Of a stretch of 64,000 bases of DNA, positions 9,375 to 19,729 are shown piece after piece (position 1 is the stretch's first letter; every line of letters starts with the position of its first letter). Below the pieces are notes generated by a model that was not told the DNA's origin, ran no database searches, and worked only from the letters and a program-made list of their open reading frames with translations. This DNA is from Candidatus Berkelbacteria bacterium (GTDB taxonomy: Bacteria; Patescibacteriota; UBA1384; XYA2-FULL-43-10; 1-14-0-10-43-13), in NCBI GenBank assembly GCA_037143235.1, contig JBAWZC010000003.1, positions 25,192-89,191 on the forward strand, in the 5' to 3' direction. Both the position numbers and the translations under genes were made by a program.

Positions 9375-10553
9375 TCACTTCAACTTTTCAAGTCTCTTGT
9401 ATAAAGCTTCCGATATTTCTTGCAGAGAAGGGTTGACATCCTTTACTCTCTTACTGCCAATTTTTTTGACTAGCTGAAAAAACTCTTTCGGCCTCTTTAG
9501 ATCAAAATAGTAAATATTATTTTTCCCACCATTGTCAGGAAAGATGTCGAGAACGCCGTGAAGCCTAGTGGCAATCACAGGTTTTTCAGAAGCCATATAT
9601 TGATAGACTTTCCCTGGGAAAATAATATCTGTGATTTTATTTATCTGAAAAGGATTTATACAAACATCTGCAAGATTTATATATTTCGGTAACTTCGCGT
9701 AGTCGATGAAACCCGTCAATATGACTCTGTCCTCAAAACGATTTTTAGCTATTAATTTGTTGAGAAGATCAGCTTGTTGACCATGACCAACAATTATTAG
9801 CTTAACATCTTTGGTAGCCTCCCTGTTTCTTGCCATATACTCGATCAAAACATCTAAACCAGAAAAATTGTAAAGCGTACCAGCGAACAACACAACCTTG
9901 TCTTTTTCGGTAATGCCAAATTTTCTAATCAAATCTTTGTTCTTACCTTCTGGGTAGAAAAAATCTAGATCAGAACCTGAGGGGAGATAAAAAGTTGTTT
10001 TAGGATCGCCACCCATCTCAATCGCATATTCAACTAGCATCGGAGTTATCGCTGAAATTTCAGAAACTCTTTTGTATACATATTTTTCAAGAATGAAGGT
10101 CGGCCATGAGAGTATTTTCGAAGGGACTAATTGGTGCAAGACATCGAGAAGACGAAAATGTATAGGTATCCCGAACCTTTTTGCCCAAAACACCGTTTGC
10201 ACTCCGTTTGTCGGCACAGAGTACAAAACGATTTTATCAATTTTATACTCTTTTAGAGCTCGCGGGATGATGAAAAAGTAAGCAAAAAAAGCGACAAGGC
10301 GGCTTATACCTGGTATCTTGATAATGCCTGGTCTGACGAGAGTGATCCCCTTCTTTTTTCCAGTTCGTCGGACATCCGTCAGGTGTTGTGTTTTGAAAGT
10401 ACCGAAGTCAAAAAAGCTCTTCTTTTTCCAGGACATCGGGAAATCAATCATATAGACATTGTGTCCTTCCGAGGCAAGAATTTCCGGAATGATTTGAAAC
10501 TCGATAACGACCTTCTCTATATACTCTGTTTCATGGATAAACAATATATTCAT
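9375..10553 (-). CDS. GT4 glycosyltransferase
   Basis: VLFAGTL, INLADVCINPF, FPGKVYQYMASEKPVIAT. Confidence 0.88.
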   Translation of the reverse strand: MNILFIHETEYIEKVVIEFQIIPEILASEGHNVYMIDFPMSWKKKSFFDFGTFKTQHLTDVRRTGKKKGITLVRPGIIKIPGISRLVAFFAYFFIIPRALKEYKIDKIVLYSVPTNGVQTVFWAKRFGIPIHFRLLDVLHQLVPSKILSWPTFILEKYVYKRVSEISAITPMLVEYAIEMGGDPKTTFYLPSGSDLDFFYPEGKNKDLIRKFGITEKDKVVLFAGTLYNFSGLDVLIEYMARNREATKDVKLIIVGHGQQADLLNKLIAKNRFEDRVILTGFIDYAKLPKYINLADVCINPFQINKITDIIFPGKVYQYMASEKPVIATRLHGVLDIFPDNGGKNNIYYFDLKRPKEFFQLVKKIGSKRVKDVNPSLQEISEALYKRLEKLK

Positions 10554-10620
10554 TTGGGGCTACAAATATGATCAGTTTTAATGTAATATAATCTTATTAT
10601 AAAAATAACAGATCAGTCAA

Positions 10621-11775
10621 ATGAAAATACTCCAAGTTATCCCCTTCTTTACTCCTGCGCTAAGCTTTGGTGGTCCAGTAAAGGTTTGCCAGCAAATCAG
10701 TTCTGAATTATCCAAGAAGGGTGACTCTGTCACAGTATGGACAACGGATGCTGCTGATACAGACAATCCTATTACAAAATATGACGAAATTGTTAATGGC
10801 ATCTCTATCAAGCGTTTCAAAAACTTTTTCCCAAAGCTGACACACGGTTACAATATATTTACTCCGATTGGTTTTTCTTCGTATGCGACAAAAACAATAT
10901 CAAAATATGATGTCGTCCATTGCCACTCTTTTTTTACATATCAAAACATTATTATTAGCCGAGTTTGCCGCAAGCACAAAGTCCCGTACATCATTCACCT
11001 TCATGAAACTCCTATTCCAAATGACCTGCTTGGTAAAAAAATAATTAAATCTACTTACAACCGTTTTTTTGGTAAAAAAATATTATTAAATGCCGACAGC
11101 ATAATAGTGGTTTCTTCTCGAGAGAAAGACCTTCTATCCGACTATTTACCAGAACTTAACAAAAGAATTTTTGTTGTGCCAAATCCTATCGAAAAATATG
11201 AATTTAATCCTTCCTTAAAGAAAACTGCGAAAGACTCAAAAACAATACTCTGTTTGGGCAGACTTAGTTTTATAAAATCGATTGACAACTTAGTGCTATC
11301 GTTTGCCGAACTTCTCAAAAAAGACGATTTATACAAGCTAATCATCGCTGGACCGAATGAGAACAAAACTTTACCTAAATTGCAAAAGCTTGTAAATGAT
11401 CTTGCAATAGCAGACAAGGTAGAATTTACAGGGCTAATAACTGGCGAGGCAAAAGAAAAAGTATTTTACAGATCAGATATTTTTGCTCTTTTCTCCGATT
11501 ACGAATCTTTTTCCGTTGCCTCCCTCGAAGCGCTCCAGCACAATCTCCCCTGCTGTTTATCTAATAATATTGGCATAGCCCCACAAATTGAGCAATCAGG
11601 CGCTGGCGTTGTTGTCGCTGACACAAAAAACTTTTCCGAATGCGCAGAAAAGATGAAATTTGTCTATGAAAATAGGTACAATCTATCAAAGAACTGTTCG
11701 AAAATTCTACCGTTATTTGAGATATCTGTTATAATGAACCTAATTAGAACAATATATAAGAAAGCGATTCAATGA
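10621..11775 (+). CDS. GT4 glycosyltransferase
   Basis: FGGP, LGRLSFIK, SDYESFSVASLEAL. Confidence 0.9.
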   Translation: MKILQVIPFFTPALSFGGPVKVCQQISSELSKKGDSVTVWTTDAADTDNPITKYDEIVNGISIKRFKNFFPKLTHGYNIFTPIGFSSYATKTISKYDVVHCHSFFTYQNIIISRVCRKHKVPYIIHLHETPIPNDLLGKKIIKSTYNRFFGKKILLNADSIIVVSSREKDLLSDYLPELNKRIFVVPNPIEKYEFNPSLKKTAKDSKTILCLGRLSFIKSIDNLVLSFAELLKKDDLYKLIIAGPNENKTLPKLQKLVNDLAIADKVEFTGLITGEAKEKVFYRSDIFALFSDYESFSVASLEALQHNLPCCLSNNIGIAPQIEQSGAGVVVADTKNFSECAEKMKFVYENRYNLSKNCSKILPLFEISVIMNLIRTIYKKAIQ

Positions 11776-13766
11776 TTGACTGGATTAACATCAAGGCGCT
11801 TTTTGTGATTGTATCTATTCTGACAGTCAGTAGTTTTGCACTGTATTTTCCGATGGCCGCCATATTTGAAGAGAAGATTGCTGCCAAATTTGCGATTCCT
11901 GTCTCAATCTCCGTCCAGATTATCTTCGCATATGTCTTCTATTGTTTTGGCATCGTAAAAATCTATCCAGCTATCTATGCTTCGCTAATAGTGTTTATAA
12001 ATGTTTTAGCCATATGGAAACTTAAACATGGTTTTTTCAATATACGCAGGCCGTCCCTCCAGCAAATTCTTCACATACTAGCTCTTATCATACTTTTTTG
12101 CGTTATAATATACAGCAGGTTTCATGATTCTTTCACAAACATTGCCCCTGGAGAAATTGACACTTACAGTCATGTCCAATTTATAAAAGATCTTACTACA
12201 CAAGGATACTTAAATTTTCCACAATACGCCCCTGGTTTCCATCTGTTTCTCTATCCTCTAGTTTTCGTAACCAAACTGTCTGAGATATATAGATTTGCAG
12301 GCCCTACAATAGGTGTGCTGTGTATTTTATCTTCGTTTCTCCTGCTAAAGGATTCTTTCAAGCGAACAACAACAAGGTACGTATTTCTCGCACTTTGCCT
12401 TTTACCAATATTCAATCAGCTATTCTTGCAACAAATCGGCTTTTTTTCAACTTCACTTTCGTTCATTTTCATACCGTCGCTCATTTTTGCCATCTATACG
12501 AAAAAAGATATCTTACCAAAATCAGGAATATTAATTCTATACGGTCTGATAATTTCTGCACTATCTTTGACTCTTCCATATCTCTATATCCAGTACCTGC
12601 CTTCGCTTGCTCTTTTCTCTATCATAATTTTTGCAACTAAAAAAGGCTACTCAAATGATTATCTGCGCAAAATATTATGTATCTGTATACTATCTTTTAT
12701 TGGCTTTTTCTTGGCATTCGGACATGTGTATTTGCAGACGAAGATTCTTAAAAGAGCAGACAATTTCCCCGCCATGGAGTTTACCCGTTTTGAAAATGGC
12801 TCGTTAGTTGTCAGCAACAGTTACTCGCCCACAGACAATCCAAATCAGACAGTTACCCCAGCTGCCAGAAGCTACATTAGCACTATAGCGGACCATAGTT
12901 CCCAGGCTATTTTAAAAGCATCAAAGAAGATTGATCCTGTCACCAAGACTTTGAAAGAAACTGCTGCTTATACAAAGTATATTAGGCCAATGCTGAATAC
13001 TGCCAATGAGGCATTTTCCGTAAAAAATATTCGTCCATTTGCGGGAACTCTATCTATAGGCGCATATGTGTGGATATTCATATGCGCATTAGTGCTCCTC
13101 TATGCTTCGTTAATAAAGAACACTCTGCTTCTAACATTATCAGCCTTTACATTAATATTTGGCATAGCAACACAGTTTGGTGTTTTAGAAATTAGCTCAT
13201 ATCGAGGAAGAAGCGGCTGGTATTTATTGCTTTTCATGATACTTCTCGTAACTTTCCTATATGACCTTTATTTTCCTAAAAAGTTTGAAAAGAAATGGTT
13301 TATTTATACGGCTATTGCTCTAAGTTGCACCTTAGGGATAGCTAAACCACCAGTATTCTACCGAGCCTACTATACTGATAGTTATGTCAAACTAAAAAAT
13401 ATTGTGACCTCGCTGCCCGATAAGACGACATTGTCATTGTTGACAAATGATAGACAGCTAAGTCTAGTATTGGAAAGCATTCAGCTAACCCCACTGGATA
13501 ATGGGACAATCTTAAAACCATGCAGCAGCAATACCTGTGTAATAATTATCGATAAAAAGTTTTTTGATGCAGATCCTATTTTATCTCAGAAAAGTATCGC
13601 CGGGGATGAAAACTTCTCAGATTATTATGCCAAACAAGTGGCAGCTGAACTTGAGTACAAAACAAGAGTTGAGAGAATCAAAGGTACATATGAATTCTCT
13701 TTGTACAAACTATACTGGGACGATAACAACACCGAGATATATTGGATAAATAATAGCGCTAAATGA
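11772..13766 (+). CDS. Large polytopic membrane protein, possible GT-C glycosyltransferase
   Basis: GEIDTYSH and YAPGFH motifs, many TMs, glycan-locus context. Confidence 0.6.
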   Translation: MIDWINIKALFVIVSILTVSSFALYFPMAAIFEEKIAAKFAIPVSISVQIIFAYVFYCFGIVKIYPAIYASLIVFINVLAIWKLKHGFFNIRRPSLQQILHILALIILFCVIIYSRFHDSFTNIAPGEIDTYSHVQFIKDLTTQGYLNFPQYAPGFHLFLYPLVFVTKLSEIYRFAGPTIGVLCILSSFLLLKDSFKRTTTRYVFLALCLLPIFNQLFLQQIGFFSTSLSFIFIPSLIFAIYTKKDILPKSGILILYGLIISALSLTLPYLYIQYLPSLALFSIIIFATKKGYSNDYLRKILCICILSFIGFFLAFGHVYLQTKILKRADNFPAMEFTRFENGSLVVSNSYSPTDNPNQTVTPAARSYISTIADHSSQAILKASKKIDPVTKTLKETAAYTKYIRPMLNTANEAFSVKNIRPFAGTLSIGAYVWIFICALVLLYASLIKNTLLLTLSAFTLIFGIATQFGVLEISSYRGRSGWYLLLFMILLVTFLYDLYFPKKFEKKWFIYTAIALSCTLGIAKPPVFYRAYYTDSYVKLKNIVTSLPDKTTLSLLTNDRQLSLVLESIQLTPLDNGTILKPCSSNTCVIIIDKKFFDADPILSQKSIAGDENFSDYYAKQVAAELEYKTRVERIKGTYEFSLYKLYWDDNNTEIYWINNSAK

Positions 13767-13945
13767 TGCTTGCCATCACGCGCTTGCTACAGTACATCAA
13801 TAAGGCAATCTATTGGCCACTCACGGCGTACATTAACAGCTCTTCCCCGAACAACTACAGTCTGGTTGTCTATGCCAGACTCGACCAGACTGTCATTTGG
13901 GCGGAAATAAACAGCTGCTGCGTGATGCTCACGCTTCGCATCGTC
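13764..13945 (+). ncRNA. Candidate structured RNA (unassigned)
   Basis: Nested helices: CATCACGC(13774)/GCGTGATG(13920); CAGCT/AGCTG; CCGAA/TTTGG; ACAGTCTGGT(13857)/ACCAGACTGT(13884); G-U pairs favour + strand. Confidence 0.35.
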
Positions 13946-14165
13946 TGTAATATTTCAGCCTGGAAATAGCTATGAATATTGTTTGTCGCCAAAATAGGGC
14001 TCATTGTGCTATTCTTTACGTCAATATAATCTCAAGAAAAGCTGATTTGCTAGGACAACTCGGGTATTTATTTGCATTAATTTTATTACGCTGTCAGCGA
14101 TGTTTCTCGAATAGTTCTTGCAGCCATAAGCAGGAGCAACAAAAGATAGTCCCGAAGAGAAAGTA

Positions 14166-15269
14166 TTATTTTTTCCAAAAGCTTAGGACGATTCTAGTTA
14201 TGATATCGCTAACATTTTTCACAATATACTCCTTAGGCGGTTCCCATTTCAATTCTGAACTTGTTGCGATCTCAACACCGAGCAAAATCGTCTCTGGATC
14301 ACTTCCAGCGATGAAATTGCTACCAGCCTCTATTGTCTCTGGTCTCTCGGTCACATCGCGCAAAGTAACGTTTGGAACGCCGAAAATCGCACACTCTTCC
14401 TGAACCGTACCGCTGTCGCTAAGTGCACAAAAAGCATTTTTCTCAAGATGGACAAAGTCAAATAAGCCCATTGGCTCGAGAGGAATCATTCCTTCGCCCC
14501 CTAAAGACTTGCCCTGTTTCTCTAGTTGTGATCTTGTCCGTGGGTGCACACTAAGAACAATTGGCATCTTATATTTATCGTAAATTCTCTTGAAAGCTTC
14601 AATAAAATCAGTCAGTCTTTCAGAAACATCAACATTTTCTGCACGGTGAAGCGTGACAAGAAAGTATTTTCCTTTCTCTACTCCAAGTCGATCCATTACG
14701 TCGCTCTTATCAATTTCGCCCTGGTAACAATTCAAAACTTCGAGAATTGGATTCCCTGTAACATAGATTTTTTTACTCGTGATGCCTTCTGCCAAAAGGT
14801 TCGCCCTACTACGTTCAGTATATGGCAATAAAATCTCACTTGAGTGATCGACGATTCTTCTGTTCACTTCTTCTGGCACTCGATCATCATAGCAACGATT
14901 ACCGGCTTCCATATGAAATACTGGGATACCCATTCTCTTCGCAACGATCGCAGACAAGGCGCTGTTTGTATCACCTAATATCAAGATTGAATCAGGCTTT
15001 TCCTCTTGGAAATACTTTTCGCAACCCTCTAAAATGATACCAATCTGACCCATCGCGCTAGCAGATTTTGAATCTAAGACATGATCTGGCTTCCTGATCT
15101 TCAATTCTTCAAAGAATATATCATTCAGAGTTTTATCAAAATTCTGACCAGTATGTAGGACTTTGTGATCACAAAATTGATCAAGCGTCGCCATTACTCG
15201 ACTAAGGCGAATAATTTCTGGCCTAGTTCCCAGAACCGTTATCACTTTTGGCTTCTTATTTTCCTGCAT
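14166..15269 (-). CDS. wecB: UDP-N-acetylglucosamine 2-epimerase (non-hydrolysing), FnlC/WbjD/WbvD type
   Basis: GTRPEIIRLS, HTGQNFD, LGDTNS, HMEAGNRC, PEEVNRRIVDH, SDSGTVQEE. Confidence 0.92.
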   Translation of the reverse strand: MQENKKPKVITVLGTRPEIIRLSRVMATLDQFCDHKVLHTGQNFDKTLNDIFFEELKIRKPDHVLDSKSASAMGQIGIILEGCEKYFQEEKPDSILILGDTNSALSAIVAKRMGIPVFHMEAGNRCYDDRVPEEVNRRIVDHSSEILLPYTERSRANLLAEGITSKKIYVTGNPILEVLNCYQGEIDKSDVMDRLGVEKGKYFLVTLHRAENVDVSERLTDFIEAFKRIYDKYKMPIVLSVHPRTRSQLEKQGKSLGGEGMIPLEPMGLFDFVHLEKNAFCALSDSGTVQEECAIFGVPNVTLRDVTERPETIEAGSNFIAGSDPETILLGVEIATSSELKWEPPKEYIVKNVSDIITRIVLSFWKK

Positions 15270-16311
15270 TTTTAAGCCTTTCTAGCTCTTGCTGTATCTC
15301 TGGCAAACTAAGCAAAAGCTCCTTTGTTTGCTCAACATTTAGCTGAGTTGTGTTTCCAGATGTGTAGGACTCAATCTTGTCAATATCAACATCCTGACCG
15401 GTAGTAAAATACTTATTGTAATTTAGATCCTGGCTCTCTGGCGGAATGTCGTAGTAATCACCAAGGTCAATTGCTCTCATCATCTCTTCTTGGGAGACGA
15501 GAGCCTCGTGCATCTTCTCTGAGTTTCTGATACCAACCTCCACATAGCCTGGCTCATATTCGAATAATTTACACATTGCCTTTGCAAGTGTCTCAATGGT
15601 AGCGGCTGGTGCTTTTTTGATATACGTATGACCATTTCCGCCATGAGTCAAGCCAAACAAGACTAAGTCAACAGCATAAGGCAAAGGCAAGAGGAATCGA
15701 GTCATAGCTCCATTTGTAACGGTTAGCCTTTCCCCTTTTTCCATCAAGCTTACGAAGTAAGGAAGGACTGATCCTCTCGAATAAAGCACATTTCCGTATC
15801 TTGTGCCGCACATGCTGGTGGAAGTATTTGACAGGGTCTTAGCTGTTGCCACCATCAGCTTCTCCATCAGGGCCTTCGACATGCCCATCGCATTGATCGG
15901 ATAAACAGCCTTGTCAGTGCTCAAGACGACAACTCTTTCGACACCGTGGTCCATCGCCGATTCGAGAACATTATTTGCGCCGAGAACATTTGTTTTCACA
16001 GCTTCAATAGGAAAAAATTCGCAAGACGGAACTTGCTTCAGGGCGGCCGCGTGGAAAACGTAGTCAACGCCTTCTCGCATTGCCCGATCAAGACTAGCTC
16101 TGTCCCGAACATCACCAATGACGAAATCAAGCAACGGATTATTAAACTCATTTCTCATGTCGAATTGCTTTTTCTCATCGCGACTAAAGATAATAATCTT
16201 CTTAGGCTTCATCGACAAAAGTCTCTTTGATACTGTACTGCCAAACGAGCCTGTGCCGCCTGTTATTAAAATCGTTTTACCTTCAATTTTTGATTTGATT
16301 TCTTCTTCCAT
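15256..16311 (-). CDS. fnlA: UDP-GlcNAc 4,6-dehydratase/5-epimerase (FnlA/WbjB/CapE)
   Basis: TGGTGSFG, FSRDEKKQ, HAAALKQVPSCEFFP, STDKAVYPINAMGMSKALMEK, TRYGNV. Confidence 0.9.
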   Translation of the reverse strand: MEEEIKSKIEGKTILITGGTGSFGSTVSKRLLSMKPKKIIIFSRDEKKQFDMRNEFNNPLLDFVIGDVRDRASLDRAMREGVDYVFHAAALKQVPSCEFFPIEAVKTNVLGANNVLESAMDHGVERVVVLSTDKAVYPINAMGMSKALMEKLMVATAKTLSNTSTSMCGTRYGNVLYSRGSVLPYFVSLMEKGERLTVTNGAMTRFLLPLPYAVDLVLFGLTHGGNGHTYIKKAPAATIETLAKAMCKLFEYEPGYVEVGIRNSEKMHEALVSQEEMMRAIDLGDYYDIPPESQDLNYNKYFTTGQDVDIDKIESYTSGNTTQLNVEQTKELLLSLPEIQQELERLKNAGK

Positions 16312-16322
16312 AAATCTTCTTT

Positions 16323-17210
16323 CTAAGTATATTTAATGAAATTGCTATTTGATTTGTAATATTCATACATTTTCTCGATCAAGACGTCCCAGCTTGGCGG
16401 AGTATAGCTGGATATTTTTCGAAACCTGTCTGAATTAAGTGATTTGTCAGAGACCTCATTGTCCGAAGATATCAAGTTTACCTTTTTGCTATAAACTTTA
16501 GCAACAAGTTTCAGAAGATCATATTTTGAGATTGGATCCGCCGAGACATGGTAAAGACCAGAGAGCTCATGATTAGGAAGAATATATTCTGTCAAAATTC
16601 TGGCAATCTCTACTGTAGGAAAGCCGGAGAAAATGACTTTATCATAGCCAGTAACATCACCTTCTTGCGCCAGAAACCAGTCGACTAGAGAAGCATTCGT
16701 CTCTAGGCCGTGACCGATGATCGAAGTTCTCATCGTGAAGCAGTGAGGATAAACTACCTCTCCTAGGTATTTTGTCCGACCATATACATTACCTGCATCG
16801 GAAAAATCTTTTTCGGTATAGTTCCCCTTTTTACCACTAAAAACACAATCTGTGCTAAAGTGGATCATTCGCGCGTTGTATTCCTCACAAATTGAGGCAA
16901 GTCTATGAGGGAACAACGCATTCATGTATATAGCCATCGCCGTATTAGAGGCGCTCGGAGATTGTTTGATGAGACCAACGCAATTCATAACAACATCTGG
17001 TTTCAGCTCCTTGATAGCAGTGCTCAGTGACAGAAGGTCTTCTATATCAATGTCTGCAATAATCTTGTTTGCAAGGTTCTCGGGGAAAAAGGCTGGGTTC
17101 ATTTTTCTGGCAGTCCCATATACGTCAAAATCAGCTTTTGACAATTCAGTAAATAGTGCATTTCCCAACATTCCGGTCGCACCCAAAACAAGAATTCTTT
17201 TACTGTTCAT
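16323..17210 (-). CDS. RmlD-like NDP-4-keto-sugar reductase (WbvR/QnlA type)
   Basis: GATGMLG, NCVGLIKQ, NALFPH, STDCVFSG, YGRTKYLGE, RTSIIG. Confidence 0.85.
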   Translation of the reverse strand: MNSKRILVLGATGMLGNALFTELSKADFDVYGTARKMNPAFFPENLANKIIADIDIEDLLSLSTAIKELKPDVVMNCVGLIKQSPSASNTAMAIYMNALFPHRLASICEEYNARMIHFSTDCVFSGKKGNYTEKDFSDAGNVYGRTKYLGEVVYPHCFTMRTSIIGHGLETNASLVDWFLAQEGDVTGYDKVIFSGFPTVEIARILTEYILPNHELSGLYHVSADPISKYDLLKLVAKVYSKKVNLISSDNEVSDKSLNSDRFRKISSYTPPSWDVLIEKMYEYYKSNSNFIKYT

Positions 17211-17291
17211 ATTAAATATATATCCTTTTCTTAGCTTAGCTTATCTTTTTTAACATGTTTTATCAAGCGAAATATCCATCTGCCCAGGCTT

Positions 17292-18506
17292 TTATTTACC
17301 CCTGTAGACAGTCTGGTAATACTCAACCGCTTGTCTTTTCAACAACTTTGAATCTAGACGAAGATTAACTGTTTTGTAGTTTTCTACCGCGGCCAAATCC
17401 ACAAGATCATCGTTGGTTAAAGCTATTCTAAGAGCTTTCTCTATCACATCGGGGTCTTCCGGGGATACAAGTAGGCCAGTACTACTATCTTTGATCCACT
17501 CATCGGCAGTAGCTGTTCTAGATTGTATTGGGAAAGAGCCCATTGCCATAGCCTCTAAGAGAGCAGTGCTGATACCATCACTGATACTCAGACCGATCGA
17601 AATCCTAGACCTACCATGCATTTTAAGCATGTCTATGTGCTTTGTATTCGACGGCATTATTCTGACTGGAATCCCAGTGTTCTGGGCAAAAAGCTCAGCA
17701 GATATTTCAACTGCAGATGGAATAGTCGGCGAAATAGCCAAACCATCGGTTACAGCAGAATATATAACAACTTCATATCCCCTTAGCAAGTCAGCGCAAC
17801 GCTCAAGCGCTCTTATCCCAAACAAGGACCTGCCTGCCCACCCATAGTAGCCTTTGAGCAATATAACCCGACGTTTCGAAGTCACTAGCTCTGTCTTCCT
17901 TAGCATTTCTATTTTCTCTAGATCAAATCCGCCCGTATTCGGAAACACGGGAAGAGTTATGCCCCGAAAACCATAATCTCTCGCCAATTGTACATCTCTT
18001 TGTGACTCACACGAATAATAATCGCAAGATTTCAGAGTTTCTTTAATTCTATCGCGATGACTTGCAAGTCGGCCAAAAAGATATATGTCACTGCCCCAGT
18101 TAGTGGCAATCCATTTTGGAAAAGTTCCTTTATATCGTTTTTTTGCATCCAGAACAAGATAGCCAGCGCCCTGTAGCTCCAAGGAATGTACTATGTCAGG
18201 TTTTATTTTCTTAATTAATTTGTTTAGACTGTTAACGCGGTGATTTCTCATTTTGTTATTTAAAAAATACGCTCCAAAAGAAGCTATATTCTCAGCAAAA
18301 ACTGGAACGCCTGTTTTTCTGACGCTTTTATCAGTTTTCTGATTGCCATACAGTGTATGATGGATAGTCAAGTTTTTCAATTCAGGGTATGACTTGCCAC
18401 TTTCGTAGCTAGGAAAAAGATGGATATCCCAACTTTGATTAGCAATCTGTGCTATCCATCTTGCCGTGTGCACGCTCTCCGACATTGCTACAAATAATAT
18501 CTTCAT
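17292..18506 (-). CDS. GT4 glycosyltransferase
   Basis: SVHTARW, WGSDIY, SDGISTALLEAMAMGSFPI. Confidence 0.88.
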   Translation of the reverse strand: MKILFVAMSESVHTARWIAQIANQSWDIHLFPSYESGKSYPELKNLTIHHTLYGNQKTDKSVRKTGVPVFAENIASFGAYFLNNKMRNHRVNSLNKLIKKIKPDIVHSLELQGAGYLVLDAKKRYKGTFPKWIATNWGSDIYLFGRLASHRDRIKETLKSCDYYSCESQRDVQLARDYGFRGITLPVFPNTGGFDLEKIEMLRKTELVTSKRRVILLKGYYGWAGRSLFGIRALERCADLLRGYEVVIYSAVTDGLAISPTIPSAVEISAELFAQNTGIPVRIMPSNTKHIDMLKMHGRSRISIGLSISDGISTALLEAMAMGSFPIQSRTATADEWIKDSSTGLLVSPEDPDVIEKALRIALTNDDLVDLAAVENYKTVNLRLDSKLLKRQAVEYYQTVYRGK

Positions 18507-18514
18507 AATCAGTC

Positions 18515-19729
18515 CTAATTAAGTTCTAAAAATCTTTTAAAGTTTTCCTCTAGTGTATCGTTTGTAAAAAATCTATTAAATGATTCTCTGCCATTACAAA
18601 CCATTTCTGCATAAGCCTTTTCATCAACTACAAATTTCGTTAGCTTACAAATAATTTTTTTACTATCCAGTGTATTGCAGCACAGGCCACAATCGGATTC
18701 TTTAATGAATCTCGCTGGAGAGCTAAAATCGGGCCCATGAAATAATACTGGTCGTCCTGCAGCCAGATAAGTCGTAATTTTCGATGGAAAACTATATCGT
18801 GACACTGATTCGTAGGACGAATCAAACCAGTACGGACAATAAAGCACATCCATCTGAGACAACAGCTTGATCGTTTCTTCTTGAGTCCGCCAACCTAGTA
18901 CTGAAATGTTTGGATTATCAGCCAGCTCAGCAGGCCACTTACCAATAAATTTGATTGATACTTTCCTGCCGGCAATCTTCCATTCCACTGACTCTAGTGC
19001 TCTGACTAGAGCAACCCATTCTTCTTTAGCATAAATCTGACCAGCCATCCCAATTATGAAAGAACCATCAGTTTTTAATCCAGGAACAACCGGCAAAGCC
19101 ATGTTTTGGTCAAGGCTTGGAATTAATGGAACAGTTCTCGCCCCGTACTTATGCTCATATTCTTGAGCCATTGCCCATGATGCAGTTGCACAGCCCTTAC
19201 TCTCTCTGATCGCATCTTCAAATTGTTTTAAATATTCATTTGTAGACAGCTCGTTCATCCTAGCATGTTTTGCTTCCCAAATTGGGGGGTCCCAAACCTC
19301 AGTATAGAGAGGGAGCCCAAGCTTCCTAGCAGCTTTTGTGGCCAAACGAATTGTGGCCTGGCCTGAAAGAATACACCATATCGAGTCAACATGGTTTTTT
19401 TTAGCAAATTCTGCCATTCTATTAAGCAAGAACTTATCACCGATATATTCGTTGTAATAGAACCCTATTCTACCAATCAACTGATTTAGGCAATAAGGCA
19501 CCCTAGGCCAAAAACCAAAATAAGAAGTATACCTTTCGGTTGGTATCCACGCTAGGTCCTCTGGGATTTCTGCTCTTATTTTTATTATCGGAAGTTGCAA
19601 AAGAAAACATGCCAATGAGCTTTTTGGCAAGAAACGACAAAGTTGTGCCAAAATAAGACCGCCGCTATAATTACTACATGGTGGTATTTCACTAATAAGC
19701 AAAATTTTTCTGCTAGCTTTGCTATTCAT
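18515..19729 (-). CDS. GT4-like glycosyltransferase
   Basis: DVLYCPY...SFPSKITTYLAAGRPV; start placed at MNSK, overlapping upstream stop. Confidence 0.8.
   Translation of the reverse strand: MNSKASRKILLISEIPPCSNYSGGLILAQLCRFLPKSSLACFLLQLPIIKIRAEIPEDLAWIPTERYTSYFGFWPRVPYCLNQLIGRIGFYYNEYIGDKFLLNRMAEFAKKNHVDSIWCILSGQATIRLATKAARKLGLPLYTEVWDPPIWEAKHARMNELSTNEYLKQFEDAIRESKGCATASWAMAQEYEHKYGARTVPLIPSLDQNMALPVVPGLKTDGSFIIGMAGQIYAKEEWVALVRALESVEWKIAGRKVSIKFIGKWPAELADNPNISVLGWRTQEETIKLLSQMDVLYCPYWFDSSYESVSRYSFPSKITTYLAAGRPVLFHGPDFSSPARFIKESDCGLCCNTLDSKKIICKLTKFVVDEKAYAEMVCNGRESFNRFFTNDTLEENFKRFLELN

Noticed and set aside
13763-14403. Plus-strand ORFs of 68 and 143 aa
   Set aside because: No motifs; the second overlaps the epimerase antisense, and the first coincides with the structured segment, though it cannot be fully excluded
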